A stretch of 64,000 nt of DNA from a virus. Position 1 is the stretch's first letter, and each line of letters opens with the position of its first letter. The notes under the pieces were generated by a model that had not been told where the DNA came from, made no database searches, and worked only from the letters and a program-made list of their open reading frames with translations. The DNA is taken from the IMG/VR virus record IMGVR_UViG_3300035660_000006; one strand, written 5' to 3'. Below, piece after piece: positions 27,837 through 38,250 of the stretch. A program made the position numbers and the translations under genes.

Positions 27837-28352
27837 ATGGTTCATAGAAAAGTGAAAGTGAAAAATGTATATCCATTTACTAAAACCACTGGAAAGTGGG
27901 GTATGCATAAACTTGCTAAAGACCCTAAACAGAGGGAGATGCAGACAGAGATTTTAGATTTATTGTATAATGTGAGATACTACAAAGGTGAACAGGCAAA
28001 AGACCATGAAGTGCTGTCAATATTAATCAAGCAACCGAAGAACAAGTTTTTCAAGTTCCTGAAAGACCACACAAGATGGGGGGCAACAGGAAGGTGGACA
28101 GACCAGAAAAAGTTTGGAGACGAGATAAATAGTGTAATCCAAGTGGAATTTTTGGACACAGAAAGTGATTTTATAGGAAACAGGCTGATGCAGTTGGTCA
28201 ACAAATATAACAGTGATTTTGTCAAGGAAGACTTGCTGTATGCAAGAACCGAGCCAGTGGAAGAATCGACACTGATGTTATGGGACTGGAGAAAAGAAGG
28301 TGGGTGTGTAATGAAAAATCCACTTTATGCTTGTGGAAAAAAAGTGAAATGA
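27837..28352 (+). CDS. protein (171 aa), MVHRK start
   Basis: ATATGGTTCATAGAAAAG; longest member of the array. Confidence 0.55.
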   Translation: MVHRKVKVKNVYPFTKTTGKWGMHKLAKDPKQREMQTEILDLLYNVRYYKGEQAKDHEVLSILIKQPKNKFFKFLKDHTRWGATGRWTDQKKFGDEINSVIQVEFLDTESDFIGNRLMQLVNKYNSDFVKEDLLYARTEPVEESTLMLWDWRKEGGCVMKNPLYACGKKVK

Positions 28353-28656
28353 ATGCACAAAAAGAAAGATTATTATGATAGAGTAGTAGAAAAGGAAATA
28401 TTAAAATTGAATAAACAGGGAAAGTCTATTGATGAGATTGATGAACATCTTGTTTATGGTATGGAATTCTCCCCAGAATATTCATGGGAGATGATTAAAA
28501 AAACACTTAAATTAAAACAAAAGGTGAAATGAATGTACACAAGAAAAAAATTTATGAAATATATAAATGAGATGGGAAATTTAGGATTATTAAATTACGA
28601 AGAACATACAAAAATCAAAGAAAGAATTATGTCTAATCCAAATTTAAGGTGAAAAA

Positions 28657-28839
28657 ATGCCACACAAAGGAAAAGTAAGATATAGGAGATGGGATGTTGG
28701 AGAAAAAGGAAGACATTACTTGCAAGTCGCTTACAAAGGTGCGAAAAAACTTGTTGAAGTTAAGTTAAAAGCATATAAGGGAAAAAAGGGAAAAGGTGCA
28801 AAAGACATACAAATATTTCCTAAACCCAGAAAAAAGTAA
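28657..28839 (+). CDS. small basic protein, MPHKGK start
   Basis: AAGGTGAAAAAATGCCACACAAAGG. Confidence 0.4.
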   Translation: MPHKGKVRYRRWDVGEKGRHYLQVAYKGAKKLVEVKLKAYKGKKGKGAKDIQIFPKPRKK

Positions 28840-28845
28840 TGTTTT

Positions 28846-28860
28846 TACTATACAGTAGTA
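28846..28860 (+). promoter_or_regulatory. palindrome TACTA-TACAG-TAGTA upstream of the LAGLIDADG gene
   Basis: same ACTA/TAGT arms as the other two copies; 32 nt before the ATG. Confidence 0.4.
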
Positions 28861-28892
28861 ATATTTAAGTTTATCTTCTATATTCTAAAGTT

Positions 28893-29711
28893 ATGAATAA
28901 AAAAAATAGAATATTATTAGCAAAATTACTTGGTTATATACATTCAGATGGTTGTTTTGTTAATAGAGGTAACAATATTTTTAAAGTTCAATTTGATAAT
29001 GATGATTTTACTTTAATAAAAGATTTTTCGGATAGTTTTCAAAGGGTTTTTTTAGTAAAACCACATATTCATTCATATTTTAAAAATGATAAAAAACATT
29101 TTTTTGTTGGAAAACAAGACCAAAAAATTATTAAAATAATGAGATTATTTGATATTTTTTCATTTAATAAAAAAGAGAAATGTGCCTATCTTTCAGGTCT
29201 TTATGATGGTGATGGAAGTGTTAGTTTTGGATTTAAAAAAGATGGACAAATGAGTTTTAGAATTAGATTTCATAACAAGGATGCAAAACTTATAGAAACA
29301 GTTAAGAAATTTTTACAAGATATTGGAATTAAAAATTCAAAAATTTATTCAGAAAAAATAAGAGGTTATGGGAGTGGAATTTTTTATAATATTTCAATAA
29401 CTAATCAAAAAGATGCTAAAATTTTTTATGAAAATATTAAGTTAAAATCAAAACATAAAATGGTAGCATTAAAAAATTATTTAAAAATAATTAAACCATA
29501 TTCTTCTGATAAATATTCATTTAAATTGAAAGAAAAGGCAATAAAACTTCATAAACAAGGTTTTGGATGTAGAAAAATTGCAAAAATATTAAATGTGAGT
29601 TCTGTCAGAGTAACAAGATGGTATAAACAATTTGGTGATACAAAAAGATATAAAGGTTATCCTGCAAGATGGGATGTGGTAAAAGAAAAAGTTCTTTTCT
29701 TCAAAAAATAG
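28893..29711 (+). CDS. LAGLIDADG homing endonuclease with C-terminal HTH
   Basis: two LAGLIDADG motifs (LLAKLLGYIHSDGCF; AYLSGLYDGDGSV); C-terminal HTH GFGCRKIAKILNVSSVRVTRW. Confidence 0.8.
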   Translation: MNKKNRILLAKLLGYIHSDGCFVNRGNNIFKVQFDNDDFTLIKDFSDSFQRVFLVKPHIHSYFKNDKKHFFVGKQDQKIIKIMRLFDIFSFNKKEKCAYLSGLYDGDGSVSFGFKKDGQMSFRIRFHNKDAKLIETVKKFLQDIGIKNSKIYSEKIRGYGSGIFYNISITNQKDAKIFYENIKLKSKHKMVALKNYLKIIKPYSSDKYSFKLKEKAIKLHKQGFGCRKIAKILNVSSVRVTRWYKQFGDTKRYKGYPARWDVVKEKVLFFKK

Positions 29712-30768
29712 AGTAGATTTTCTCTGAAGTAGTAACATATATATACTTTGAAAACTAAACATTTTCCTATGCCAAATAAACAAGACTATTACAAGTTACA
29801 ATTCCTTCATGGGGAATTGCTCAAAAGCAGGAGACTCTTGTTTAGTGGTATTTCTATGAGGGAAGTCCAATTTTTGCAAGGTCGAATAAAGTTTATTAAC
29901 GATGAGATAGAGAAGATTAGTCACTAAAAGGTAGTGTTTATATGCTTGTTTTCAAGTCAATCCCTATCCTAATTGAATCAAACTATCTCACGAAACAGGG
30001 TTAGGTTAAGATATTTAACTTTTAAAATCAAACTTTCTTCTATGATTAATGGGGAATATGATTTTGTATCGAAGGCTGGTCGATATATGTTCTTTATTTT
30101 TATTATTTGGTCTATAGTTTATTCTCTCGATAGGTGGGTTTTTAAGACAAAAATACTAATTAGTTGTTGTTCCCTGCTTATTGCTTTATTGGGGGCAATA
30201 ATTTTTGAATTTATAATAGGTTTTATGTTGGAGATTGATTAAATGAAAAAAAAGAATCAAAGAAAAACAATAATAATCGAAGGTAAACCTTTGGAATATT
30301 TTTTTGTGGCTTTTGGCATATTCCTAATTACATTTTCGGCAATGAAAATATTTTTTGCCAGAAGGTTATTCTTCCAGACAAGTTTTCTCGGCTTCTATTT
30401 TGGAAGCATACTTTTGTGGTGGTTTTACACAATGGTTCAAGTCTTTGAGTGGAGAATTAAATGGAAAAAAAAGTCAAGATAGTCTATGAATTTGACAATG
30501 AAAATGAGGCACAAATATTTTTAAATAGAATTCATGATTTGATTGTCACAAATTATTTTGGAAAAATCTCTCCAAGTGTAACAACAAAAGAGGTCAAATG
30601 ATGGAAGAAGAAAAACCAAAAAACAAGTTTCTTGAAATAGTGAAAAGTATTTTCAAAGGAATTTTTAATATTATAAAAATGATTATAACAGGCATTCAAA
30701 ATTATATGAAAAGTCAATGGTTAGAATGGGACAAGGAAGCAGAGAAAGGGAAAAAACATGGTGATTGA

Positions 30769-31113
30769 ATGATAGAAAATAAAAATCAAAAATTTGTTCA
30801 TGATGAATATGGGAATGTAGAAATGAATGGAAAAAAATACAGAGTAAAAATACAGAACATGGAAACAGGGGAAATTATTTTTGAGCCGATAGAGGATGAA
30901 ACAAAATTTCAGAAAGACTTTGATGAGATAGTAGACAAATTATCTGAACAAATTGACAAGAAAGCATTAATGAAAGATGTGTTGAGACTTTACCCAAAAA
31001 AAGAGATTTCTGAAATTCATGATAGAATTTTTGAGGATTTTCAACCAATCAGAGCCAAAAGAGGTTGCTATGAAATAATGATTGGAAGGAAATCAATTTT
31101 AATCAGGCAATAG
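30769..31113 (+). CDS. hypothetical protein (114 aa)
   Basis: ORF. Confidence 0.45.
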   Translation: MIENKNQKFVHDEYGNVEMNGKKYRVKIQNMETGEIIFEPIEDETKFQKDFDEIVDKLSEQIDKKALMKDVLRLYPKKEISEIHDRIFEDFQPIRAKRGCYEIMIGRKSILIRQ

Positions 31114-31121
31114 GTGGAAAA

Positions 31122-32324
31122 GTGAACATAATGATAGTCAGCGATATGATTTCTCCATATCTTGGGGGGTCAGAATCGTATTGCAAGAATGTTGGTAGAG
31201 AATTAGTCAAACTCGGACATAATGTTTTGTGGGTTGGCATGAGATTTTCGCCAGAATTGAAAGAAGCAGAAACAAATGAAGATGGTGTGAAGATATTAAG
31301 ATTGAATGTCCCTTTCAACGAGAGAAGATTATTCTGCCTTCATCCAAAATTATTATCCCTTATGAAAGATGCTGATGTCGTTCAATTCAATAGTTTTGTC
31401 AGTGCTATTACTGGTGGATTTATTGCAAAAATAATGAAGAAACCTTCGGTTGGGCTTTGTCACGAAATGTTTGCTGACTTATGGCAGAAGTTTACTAACA
31501 ACAGGATTGAACAGATAATCTATCCAGCAATCGAGAAATTAATTTCAATCAATCCCTATATCGCTTGGATAGTCCCCTGCGATTATACAAAGAATACATT
31601 GATTAAAATGGGGGTAAGACCAGAGATAATCAAGAAGATTCCACATGGAATAGACACTAAACTTTTTCACCCCAAATATGGGAGTTTCATTGAAAAATAT
31701 AGATTATGGGATAGGTTTGTGATTCTATATTCTGGAAGGTATGGCTTCAAGGGAACATGCTACTCAAAGAACCAAAAAGTATTGTTTGATGCATTCAAAA
31801 AAGTGAAAGTGGAAATTCCAAGTGCAGTTCTGTTGATGGTTGGCTCAGATTTTGAAAATGTAAGACCTTACATAGAAAGTATTGGTCTGGAGATAGGAAA
31901 AGATGTCATTTATGCTGGAAAGATTCCTGACAAACAGATGCCAGAATTTTATTCTTCTGGAGATGTATTTGTGAGTAGTTCACTTTCAGAAGGCTTCGGT
32001 TTCAGTATTCTTGAAGCACAAGCATGTGGTTGCCCTGTCGTAGCATTTGCGAATGGAAGTATCCCAGAAGTAGTATCAGATAATAAAACTGGAATATTGA
32101 TAAAAAAAAGAAAGACTTCTTATGGTCTTGCAAAAGGAATAAAAAATATATACAAATATCGCAGAATGAAAATTCTTATGGGTTTAAATGCGATGCGATG
32201 GGTAAAGAAATTCAGTTGGAAAAAATCAGCAAAGGCACATTCAGATTTGTATGAAGAGGTATATTGCTGGTATAAAATAAATAGGGTGAGAGAGTGTTTT
32301 GGATGGAAAAAGATAAAGTCTTAG
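31122..32324 (+). CDS. GT4-family (GT-B) glycosyltransferase
   Basis: EGFGFSILEAQACGCPVVA E..E motif. Confidence 0.8.
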   Translation: MNIMIVSDMISPYLGGSESYCKNVGRELVKLGHNVLWVGMRFSPELKEAETNEDGVKILRLNVPFNERRLFCLHPKLLSLMKDADVVQFNSFVSAITGGFIAKIMKKPSVGLCHEMFADLWQKFTNNRIEQIIYPAIEKLISINPYIAWIVPCDYTKNTLIKMGVRPEIIKKIPHGIDTKLFHPKYGSFIEKYRLWDRFVILYSGRYGFKGTCYSKNQKVLFDAFKKVKVEIPSAVLLMVGSDFENVRPYIESIGLEIGKDVIYAGKIPDKQMPEFYSSGDVFVSSSLSEGFGFSILEAQACGCPVVAFANGSIPEVVSDNKTGILIKKRKTSYGLAKGIKNIYKYRRMKILMGLNAMRWVKKFSWKKSAKAHSDLYEEVYCWYKINRVRECFGWKKIKS

Positions 32325-32405
32325 CAGAGTTGTCATTGCTTCTGACAAATGGTGGTGAGACCAAAAAAATAAAGCAACTCCAGAGAGAACTGAAAATGTT
32401 GGAAA

Positions 32406-33866
32406 ATGAAGAGGCAAGAAAAAATGGGTGAAATTAAAATTGACATTCCAATAAACGAAGATACACTATTCTTTATAGCATTTTTTGTAATTCTGGCTAT
32501 CCATTTGTATCCACTCGTGAGATATTCCCTGCCTCTCGGCTGGGACAATGGTTTTTATTTTTATGCTCTAACTAAAAGAATAGAACCCCTGTCAACTGCC
32601 CAAGAACCATTATATTTTTATCTCGCTTATGCTCTGTCAAATATATTTGGTGTGATACCAACCATAAAATTAATTCAGTTTGCTTCAATAATAATTTTAA
32701 GTATTGGAACATACTTGTTCACGAGAGAATATTTTGACAAGAGGACAGCAATAATAATCATGTTGATAGTTGCAATGATTCCTGCCACGAGCAGGATTTG
32801 GCAAGACCAAGAAAGAAACATACTTGCACTTTCACTTTTTCCACTTTTGCTTTATGTTTTGCTGAAGAATGAAATGCAGTATACACTTGCAAGTGGGTTA
32901 ATTCTTGGATTGATTGGATTGACACACAGATTTGTTTATCTCTTCGCAATAGCAGGTTTGGGTCTGTTTACCCTAACCAAACTGAAGAAGTTATGGGTGA
33001 GAAATGGGGTTGTATTAGCAATTTCACTGATAATGGTTAGTCCATTCTTATTTTACAGATTCTTTGTTATACTTCCAACAACGCAACTGGAAGCAGTAAC
33101 ACTTTTCAAATGGGAACAAGTTCCATTTCAATTTAGTTACATAATACAAACATCAAGCATGGCTGTATTTTTTGGAATATGTTCCTTCCTGTTAGTCTTG
33201 CTTCACAACAAAAGAGATGAGCCAACAATTCTTTTAATGTGTTATTTTGTTTTTGCCTTTATATTATTCACAGGGTTAGTTGGAACACCATTTCTCGTTT
33301 ATGAAAGATATATGTTGATTTTCTCTATTATGAGTGCTATATTTTCAGCACCATACATTTCAGAATTTATTAAATCGAGTTTCAAGCCAGTTTATGTAAA
33401 TTTAATTTTAACATTTTTTGTAATTATACTGATAATATTTGGTTTTTCATACATCAAAGAATTAACCCCATTTATCATTCCACAAGAGATAGAAGCATTC
33501 AAATGGATAAATTATAATTTACCAGCAAATACAACTTTGTTGATTCCAAGCAGAGAACATTATTGGGCAGATGCTATCACAGGAAAAAACATAGTTCCCC
33601 TTGAATGGTATCAATTGCTTATGCAACAACCACCAACAGATGAGGTAAAAATCATAACAGGTAGTATAGTTGAATCAGAAGAAGCATTGAAAAAAGTGAA
33701 AGTGAAATACAACCAGACAGATATTTACTTATTTTTTACCTTACCAAACGACCCAATATTACCTTCTGATAACACTGCCTATCAATTATTTTTACAAAAA
33801 ACAGCAAAATGGAATCAGACTATGACTTGGGGGAATGGAACAGTGTCATTTTTGTTCAAGTTGTGA
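32406..33866 (+). CDS. polytopic membrane protein, GT-C-like glycosyltransferase candidate
   Basis: about 12 hydrophobic segments; 486 aa; adjacent to GT4. Confidence 0.5.
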   Translation: MKRQEKMGEIKIDIPINEDTLFFIAFFVILAIHLYPLVRYSLPLGWDNGFYFYALTKRIEPLSTAQEPLYFYLAYALSNIFGVIPTIKLIQFASIIILSIGTYLFTREYFDKRTAIIIMLIVAMIPATSRIWQDQERNILALSLFPLLLYVLLKNEMQYTLASGLILGLIGLTHRFVYLFAIAGLGLFTLTKLKKLWVRNGVVLAISLIMVSPFLFYRFFVILPTTQLEAVTLFKWEQVPFQFSYIIQTSSMAVFFGICSFLLVLLHNKRDEPTILLMCYFVFAFILFTGLVGTPFLVYERYMLIFSIMSAIFSAPYISEFIKSSFKPVYVNLILTFFVIILIIFGFSYIKELTPFIIPQEIEAFKWINYNLPANTTLLIPSREHYWADAITGKNIVPLEWYQLLMQQPPTDEVKIITGSIVESEEALKKVKVKYNQTDIYLFFTLPNDPILPSDNTAYQLFLQKTAKWNQTMTWGNGTVSFLFKL

Positions 33867-34048
33867 TTGCATGGATGTTATAATTTTTTTGATTTTATTT
33901 TTATTTGTTGTATTATGGCTATATTTCTTTTTTAGTTACAAACAAGAAGACTTACCAAAAATTTAGGATAACATTAACATTTTATGAATGTAAACTTAAA
34001 TTCTTTTGACATCCAAAACTTATAAGCATACATCCTATAATTTTAATT

Positions 34049-34258
34049 ATGGAGATAGACAGAATAAAGATTTCAGACGCAATAAACAAGTTAAAAGACC
34101 CAATAACCATCTGCGATATAATGTCAGAACTTGGATTGGAACTGTGCAATGAAAACAAGTTAAAAGTGAAGATGATACTTGAAGACTTTGTTAACAGAAA
34201 ATGGTTAGAAAACTCGACAAATCTCTATTTCAGGACATTTGAGGTGTTTAGAATATGA
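34049..34258 (+). CDS. small protein upstream of TnpB
   Basis: ORF. Confidence 0.35.
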   Translation: MEIDRIKISDAINKLKDPITICDIMSELGLELCNENKLKVKMILEDFVNRKWLENSTNLYFRTFEVFRI

Positions 34259-34380
34259 ATGTAAGAGAACTAACTACTCGGCAATTAGTCGAATATCAAG
34301 AACTGAAAGAGTTGGGCTGGTCGACAAAAAAGATATTTGAAGAAGTGTTCAAAATATATTAGATTACTATATAAAACTAT

Positions 34381-35499
34381 ATGTTAAAAAATATAAATAT
34401 GACTACAAAGGTTATAAAATGTGGTGTTGTCGGTCTAACCAACAATAAAAAAGAATGTTTGGACAGTGAATGGTCTAACTTTCAAGATTTTCTACAACTG
34501 AAAAATACTCTTTGGTGGAAGAATGATTGGGGTAAGAACATCTATTCTGCCAACAAACAACAGGCAGAAAGGTTCTACAAATCAATAGAGGAAGGAAAGG
34601 AATACCCAATTTCAATCAGAAAAGACCTAATACAGATTGAAAAAAAGGATACAAAACTCGCTAAATATTGGTTCAGAATGAGAGTTAAGTCAAAAAGAAA
34701 TCTATGGTTGGCAATAAAACCACACCAACCAATCTCTGATGATGTTGAATTTCAAGAGAGTAAATTACTTAAAAAGAATGGTCAATACTTCATCTATCTT
34801 ACTATTCAAAAGGAAATCAAAATAAAAAAATCATACTCAAACATACTCTCCATAGATTTAGGAGTGAAATGGATTGCTACTGTCTGTGACATGAAATCCA
34901 AAAGACCTGTTTTCTATGGGAAAGAGTTGAGAGGAATTAGAGGAAAACATTTCTATCTAAGAAGGAAAATTCAAAAGAAAAAGATAAGACAAATGGGAAA
35001 GTGGTTGGAAAATAACAAAGAAGAAAGAATAGTGAATGACTTAATACATAAAATTTCAAGAGATATTGTCAATAAAGCAAAGGAAACAAACTCCATGATT
35101 TGTTGGGGTGATATAAAAGGAATAAGGAAAAACAACAAAGGAAGAAAGTTCAACAGGAAATTGAATAGTTTTCCATTCTACAAATTGAAAGAGCAAATCA
35201 GATACAAAGCAGAATGGGAAGGAATAAAAGTTGTTGAAATTAGCGAAGCATGGACATCACAAATTTGTAATAAATGTAGTGAGAAGGGAACAAGAAATAA
35301 AGGTTTGTTCAAATGTAATAGTTGTGGATATGAGGATAATTCAGATAGGAATGGTAGTCTAAACATAGGCAAACGAGTTCTTGGGCAAGTCTCAAGAATA
35401 GGGGTATCTGTGAATATACCCAAAACTGAAGCAGAAAACATAAAGAATACAAAAATTAGAAATTCAGTAAGCGACTTCAGAAGCCACCTATTTCAATAG
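34381..35499 (+). CDS. tnpB: TnpB (IS200/IS605 OrfB) RNA-guided nuclease family, solo
   Basis: RuvC-I SIDLGVKWIATV; zinc finger CNKCSEKG...CNSCGYEDNSDRNGSLNIGKR; RuvC-III. Confidence 0.85.
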   Translation: MLKNINMTTKVIKCGVVGLTNNKKECLDSEWSNFQDFLQLKNTLWWKNDWGKNIYSANKQQAERFYKSIEEGKEYPISIRKDLIQIEKKDTKLAKYWFRMRVKSKRNLWLAIKPHQPISDDVEFQESKLLKKNGQYFIYLTIQKEIKIKKSYSNILSIDLGVKWIATVCDMKSKRPVFYGKELRGIRGKHFYLRRKIQKKKIRQMGKWLENNKEERIVNDLIHKISRDIVNKAKETNSMICWGDIKGIRKNNKGRKFNRKLNSFPFYKLKEQIRYKAEWEGIKVVEISEAWTSQICNKCSEKGTRNKGLFKCNSCGYEDNSDRNGSLNIGKRVLGQVSRIGVSVNIPKTEAENIKNTKIRNSVSDFRSHLFQ

Positions 35500-35700
35500 A
35501 TGGCAGTTCACAAGTTTCACATATCAAGTATCTTTAATAGGTGATAATTCATGTTCAGCGAGTTTCAGAATAGCAAAGAGATATATTTATTAGACCCAAC
35601 AAACGCAATAATGATAGTCAATGTCTTTCCTAACTTAAAAAACTTTCTCACTGAAAGAAAAATAGCATCATTTCTGTTCAACTTTAACATTGGCATCTGA
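34381..35700 (+). mobile_element. IS200/IS605-family element remnant (tnpB without tnpA); right end / omega-RNA region expected within about 200 nt past the stop
   Basis: TnpB ORF inserted between glycosyltransferase genes on opposite strands. Confidence 0.5.
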
Positions 35701-35829
35701 TTTTTGCATGAGATTTGCTCTCCACTTATTATGCTCATACTTTACTTTTTCTTTTCTTAATCTTCTCCTGTCTTTTTTTCTCCTTCCAGTCTCATTTCTT
35801 TTCCCCTTTCTCCTTTCTATAACTACCAT

Positions 35830-36549
35830 TTATCTCTTCTCCAAAATTATCTTACCTAAACATATTATTCCATTTAGAGCATTCATAAGACCATCTTTAA
35901 TTTTTGTTCCTCTTCCTTTTATGAAAGATGATTCAACTGGAATATAAAATATTTTTCCACCTCGTCTGCCACAAATAATATTTGATTCAATTTCAATTGA
36001 ATATCTTGCACTGGAACTGTATTTCAGCAAATTCAAAGCCATTTCATAATTATACAACCTGTATCCACTTTCGCTGTCTTTTATTTTAAGACCAGAAAAC
36101 AATGAACTTAATTTATTCAAAAAATAATTTCCTAACTTTTTGGAGAATGGATATTTTGACAAGTCTCTTTCTCCAACAATTAAAATAGGTGCAATTTTCA
36201 AAAGAGATGTAAAATTTAATAATTCAATCATATCAACAAACTTGGGAATATATTTTGGGTCTAACTGCCCATCAGCATCCACCATTATCAAAGCATCATT
36301 TTCATTGAAAATTTTATTTGTCATAAGATAATATATCATATACCTCAATGTGCTTCCTTTTCCAAGATTGCATGGGTTTGAAATGACACTTGCTTTATTT
36401 CTTTCTGCAATTATTCTTGTTTTATCAATGCTTCCATCATCAAATACATAAATAAATTTGGTATATTTTCTCACTTTTTTAATTACTTCGCCTATAGTCT
36501 TTTCTTCATTTTTTGCAGGAATTCCAACAATAATTTTTCCCATTGTCAT
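35830..36549 (-). CDS. GT2-family glycosyltransferase (dolichyl-phosphate sugar synthase-like)
   Basis: VFDDGSIDKT; VDADGQ (DxD). Confidence 0.8.
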   Translation of the reverse strand: MTMGKIIVGIPAKNEEKTIGEVIKKVRKYTKFIYVFDDGSIDKTRIIAERNKASVISNPCNLGKGSTLRYMIYYLMTNKIFNENDALIMVDADGQLDPKYIPKFVDMIELLNFTSLLKIAPILIVGERDLSKYPFSKKLGNYFLNKLSSLFSGLKIKDSESGYRLYNYEMALNLLKYSSSARYSIEIESNIICGRRGGKIFYIPVESSFIKGRGTKIKDGLMNALNGIICLGKIILEKR

Positions 36550-36587
36550 TTAATCATGTTTTTAACTTTTGAAATTAAAATAATAAT

Positions 36588-36878
36588 ATGTTATTTAAAT
36601 ATAGAAAGGGTTATGTTCTCGAATTAAAAGCAAGAGATGAATTGAAAAAAAATGGCTATTATGTTATAAGGTCATCTGGTTCTCATGGTATTTTTGATTT
36701 AGTTGCTGTTAACGAAAATGAAGTTCTCTTTATACAAATTAAGAGGCAAATTAAAAGACAAAAAATCAAAGAAGAAGAAGAAATTAAAAATTTTAAAGTT
36801 CCAAAAAATTGCCGAAAAGAAATATGGATATGGAAACCATTTGGAAAACAATGGGAAAAAATTTTCTTTCAAACTTGA
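36588..36878 (+). CDS. Holliday junction resolvase Hjc-like PD-(D/E)xK nuclease
   Basis: KGYVLELKARDELKKNGYYVIRSSGSHGIFDLVAVNENEVLFIQIK matches the Hjc core. Confidence 0.6.
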   Translation: MLFKYRKGYVLELKARDELKKNGYYVIRSSGSHGIFDLVAVNENEVLFIQIKRQIKRQKIKEEEEIKNFKVPKNCRKEIWIWKPFGKQWEKIFFQT

Positions 36879-36951
36879 TAGAAATAACTATATGGTAGTA
36901 AGGTTAGAGGGTTTCTTTAAGTTTTTAAAGTTAAAAGGATAAAATATAAAA

Positions 36952-37365
36952 ATGGATTTTCAACAGGGAAAAAATATTCTTGAAGAAAAGAAATTATTCA
37001 CTTCTGCTTCAGAATTATCAAGTTCTTGGAAGAAAACAAGAAGCCACAACTTTTCTTATGAAACATTTCCACATTATCTGGCTAAAGCATGTCTTATCTT
37101 TCTTATTTGCAGAAAAAACAAAAGATTTAACACAGTTGGTGCTTTGTCCGAGTATGAATTTCCTAACGCAAGGTGTATTGATGTTCTCCAGATAATAGGC
37201 AAAGAGAAGGAAATAGTTGGTTATGAAGTTGAGACGAGCAGTGATAATCACAAGAAGACACCAGATAAATTACCGATAATAACTATTGATTTAAGGAAAG
37301 CACCAGATAAGGTGAAAGAAGCATTCAAAATACTTGAAAGTTATTTTAAAGATTTTATAGTTTGA
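36952..37365 (+). CDS. hypothetical protein (137 aa)
   Basis: ORF. Confidence 0.45.
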   Translation: MDFQQGKNILEEKKLFTSASELSSSWKKTRSHNFSYETFPHYLAKACLIFLICRKNKRFNTVGALSEYEFPNARCIDVLQIIGKEKEIVGYEVETSSDNHKKTPDKLPIITIDLRKAPDKVKEAFKILESYFKDFIV

Positions 37366-37867
37366 GATGATAAAAATGGTTGAAGAAAAAAGAACAAACA
37401 GAATAATATTAATTGTTTTTGGATTAGTGTTTATTTTTGGTCTTGCTCAATTGATATGGAAATTTGCTGAAAATTATAGACTTAATAATTGCATAGAAGG
37501 TTGTTTCTACAAAGGAACAGAGATTTGGTGTGATATGGGTTGTTGGTATTTGTTTGATAAATATGATGTAAATATTTCAGATGTTAAACTTCCAACAGAA
37601 TGTGAACAATGGGGTGGAAAATACCCCTTTTTATGCACAAGAAATTAAAAAATAGAAGTTGCCTCTAATCGGTCATTTTCCCAGCACTGCAAAAGGATAC
37701 AGGCATGTCCCTTTCGAGGCAAAATTGGGGTGTTAAAAGTGGGCATCTCCAAAATAGTGCAAACACTACCACAAATTATTTAGGATTGCATGTATTTTTT
37801 GATTTATATGTTAGAGACTATCGTTTGATTTTAAAAGTTTAAATATATTAAAAGTTAAAATAGTATT

Positions 37868-38062
37868 ATGTCAGAAATAGAAGAAAAAGTAATGGCATTC
37901 CTTGAGGCATCTCCCACTTCCTCATTCAATTTCTCAGAGATAAGCAGAGCAGTCGGAAAAGCCCCCCCAACCATAAAAAGGGTGGTTGAAAGGCTTCAAA
38001 AACTGAAAAAAGTAAATGTTATAGACAAGAAATCAATGAAATTGGTGAGGGTATGCAGGTAA
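37868..38062 (+). CDS. small winged-helix protein
   Basis: IKRVVERLQKLKKVNVIDKK. Confidence 0.4.
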   Translation: MSEIEEKVMAFLEASPTSSFNFSEISRAVGKAPPTIKRVVERLQKLKKVNVIDKKSMKLVRVCR

Positions 38063-38250
38063 AGAAAATAGCAGAAATGGAACTGATTAATAGTGAAAAA
38101 GTGAAAAACTTTAGCATAACAATCGACTTTAAGAATAAACTCATGTTCTTTGCAGAAAATGATGGTGCTAATGAGCCTTCTGTCTGTTTGTCTTTGGATG
38201 CTCTAACTGATGAAGCAGTGGATGATGTTAAAATTAAAGGGGTGGAATAA

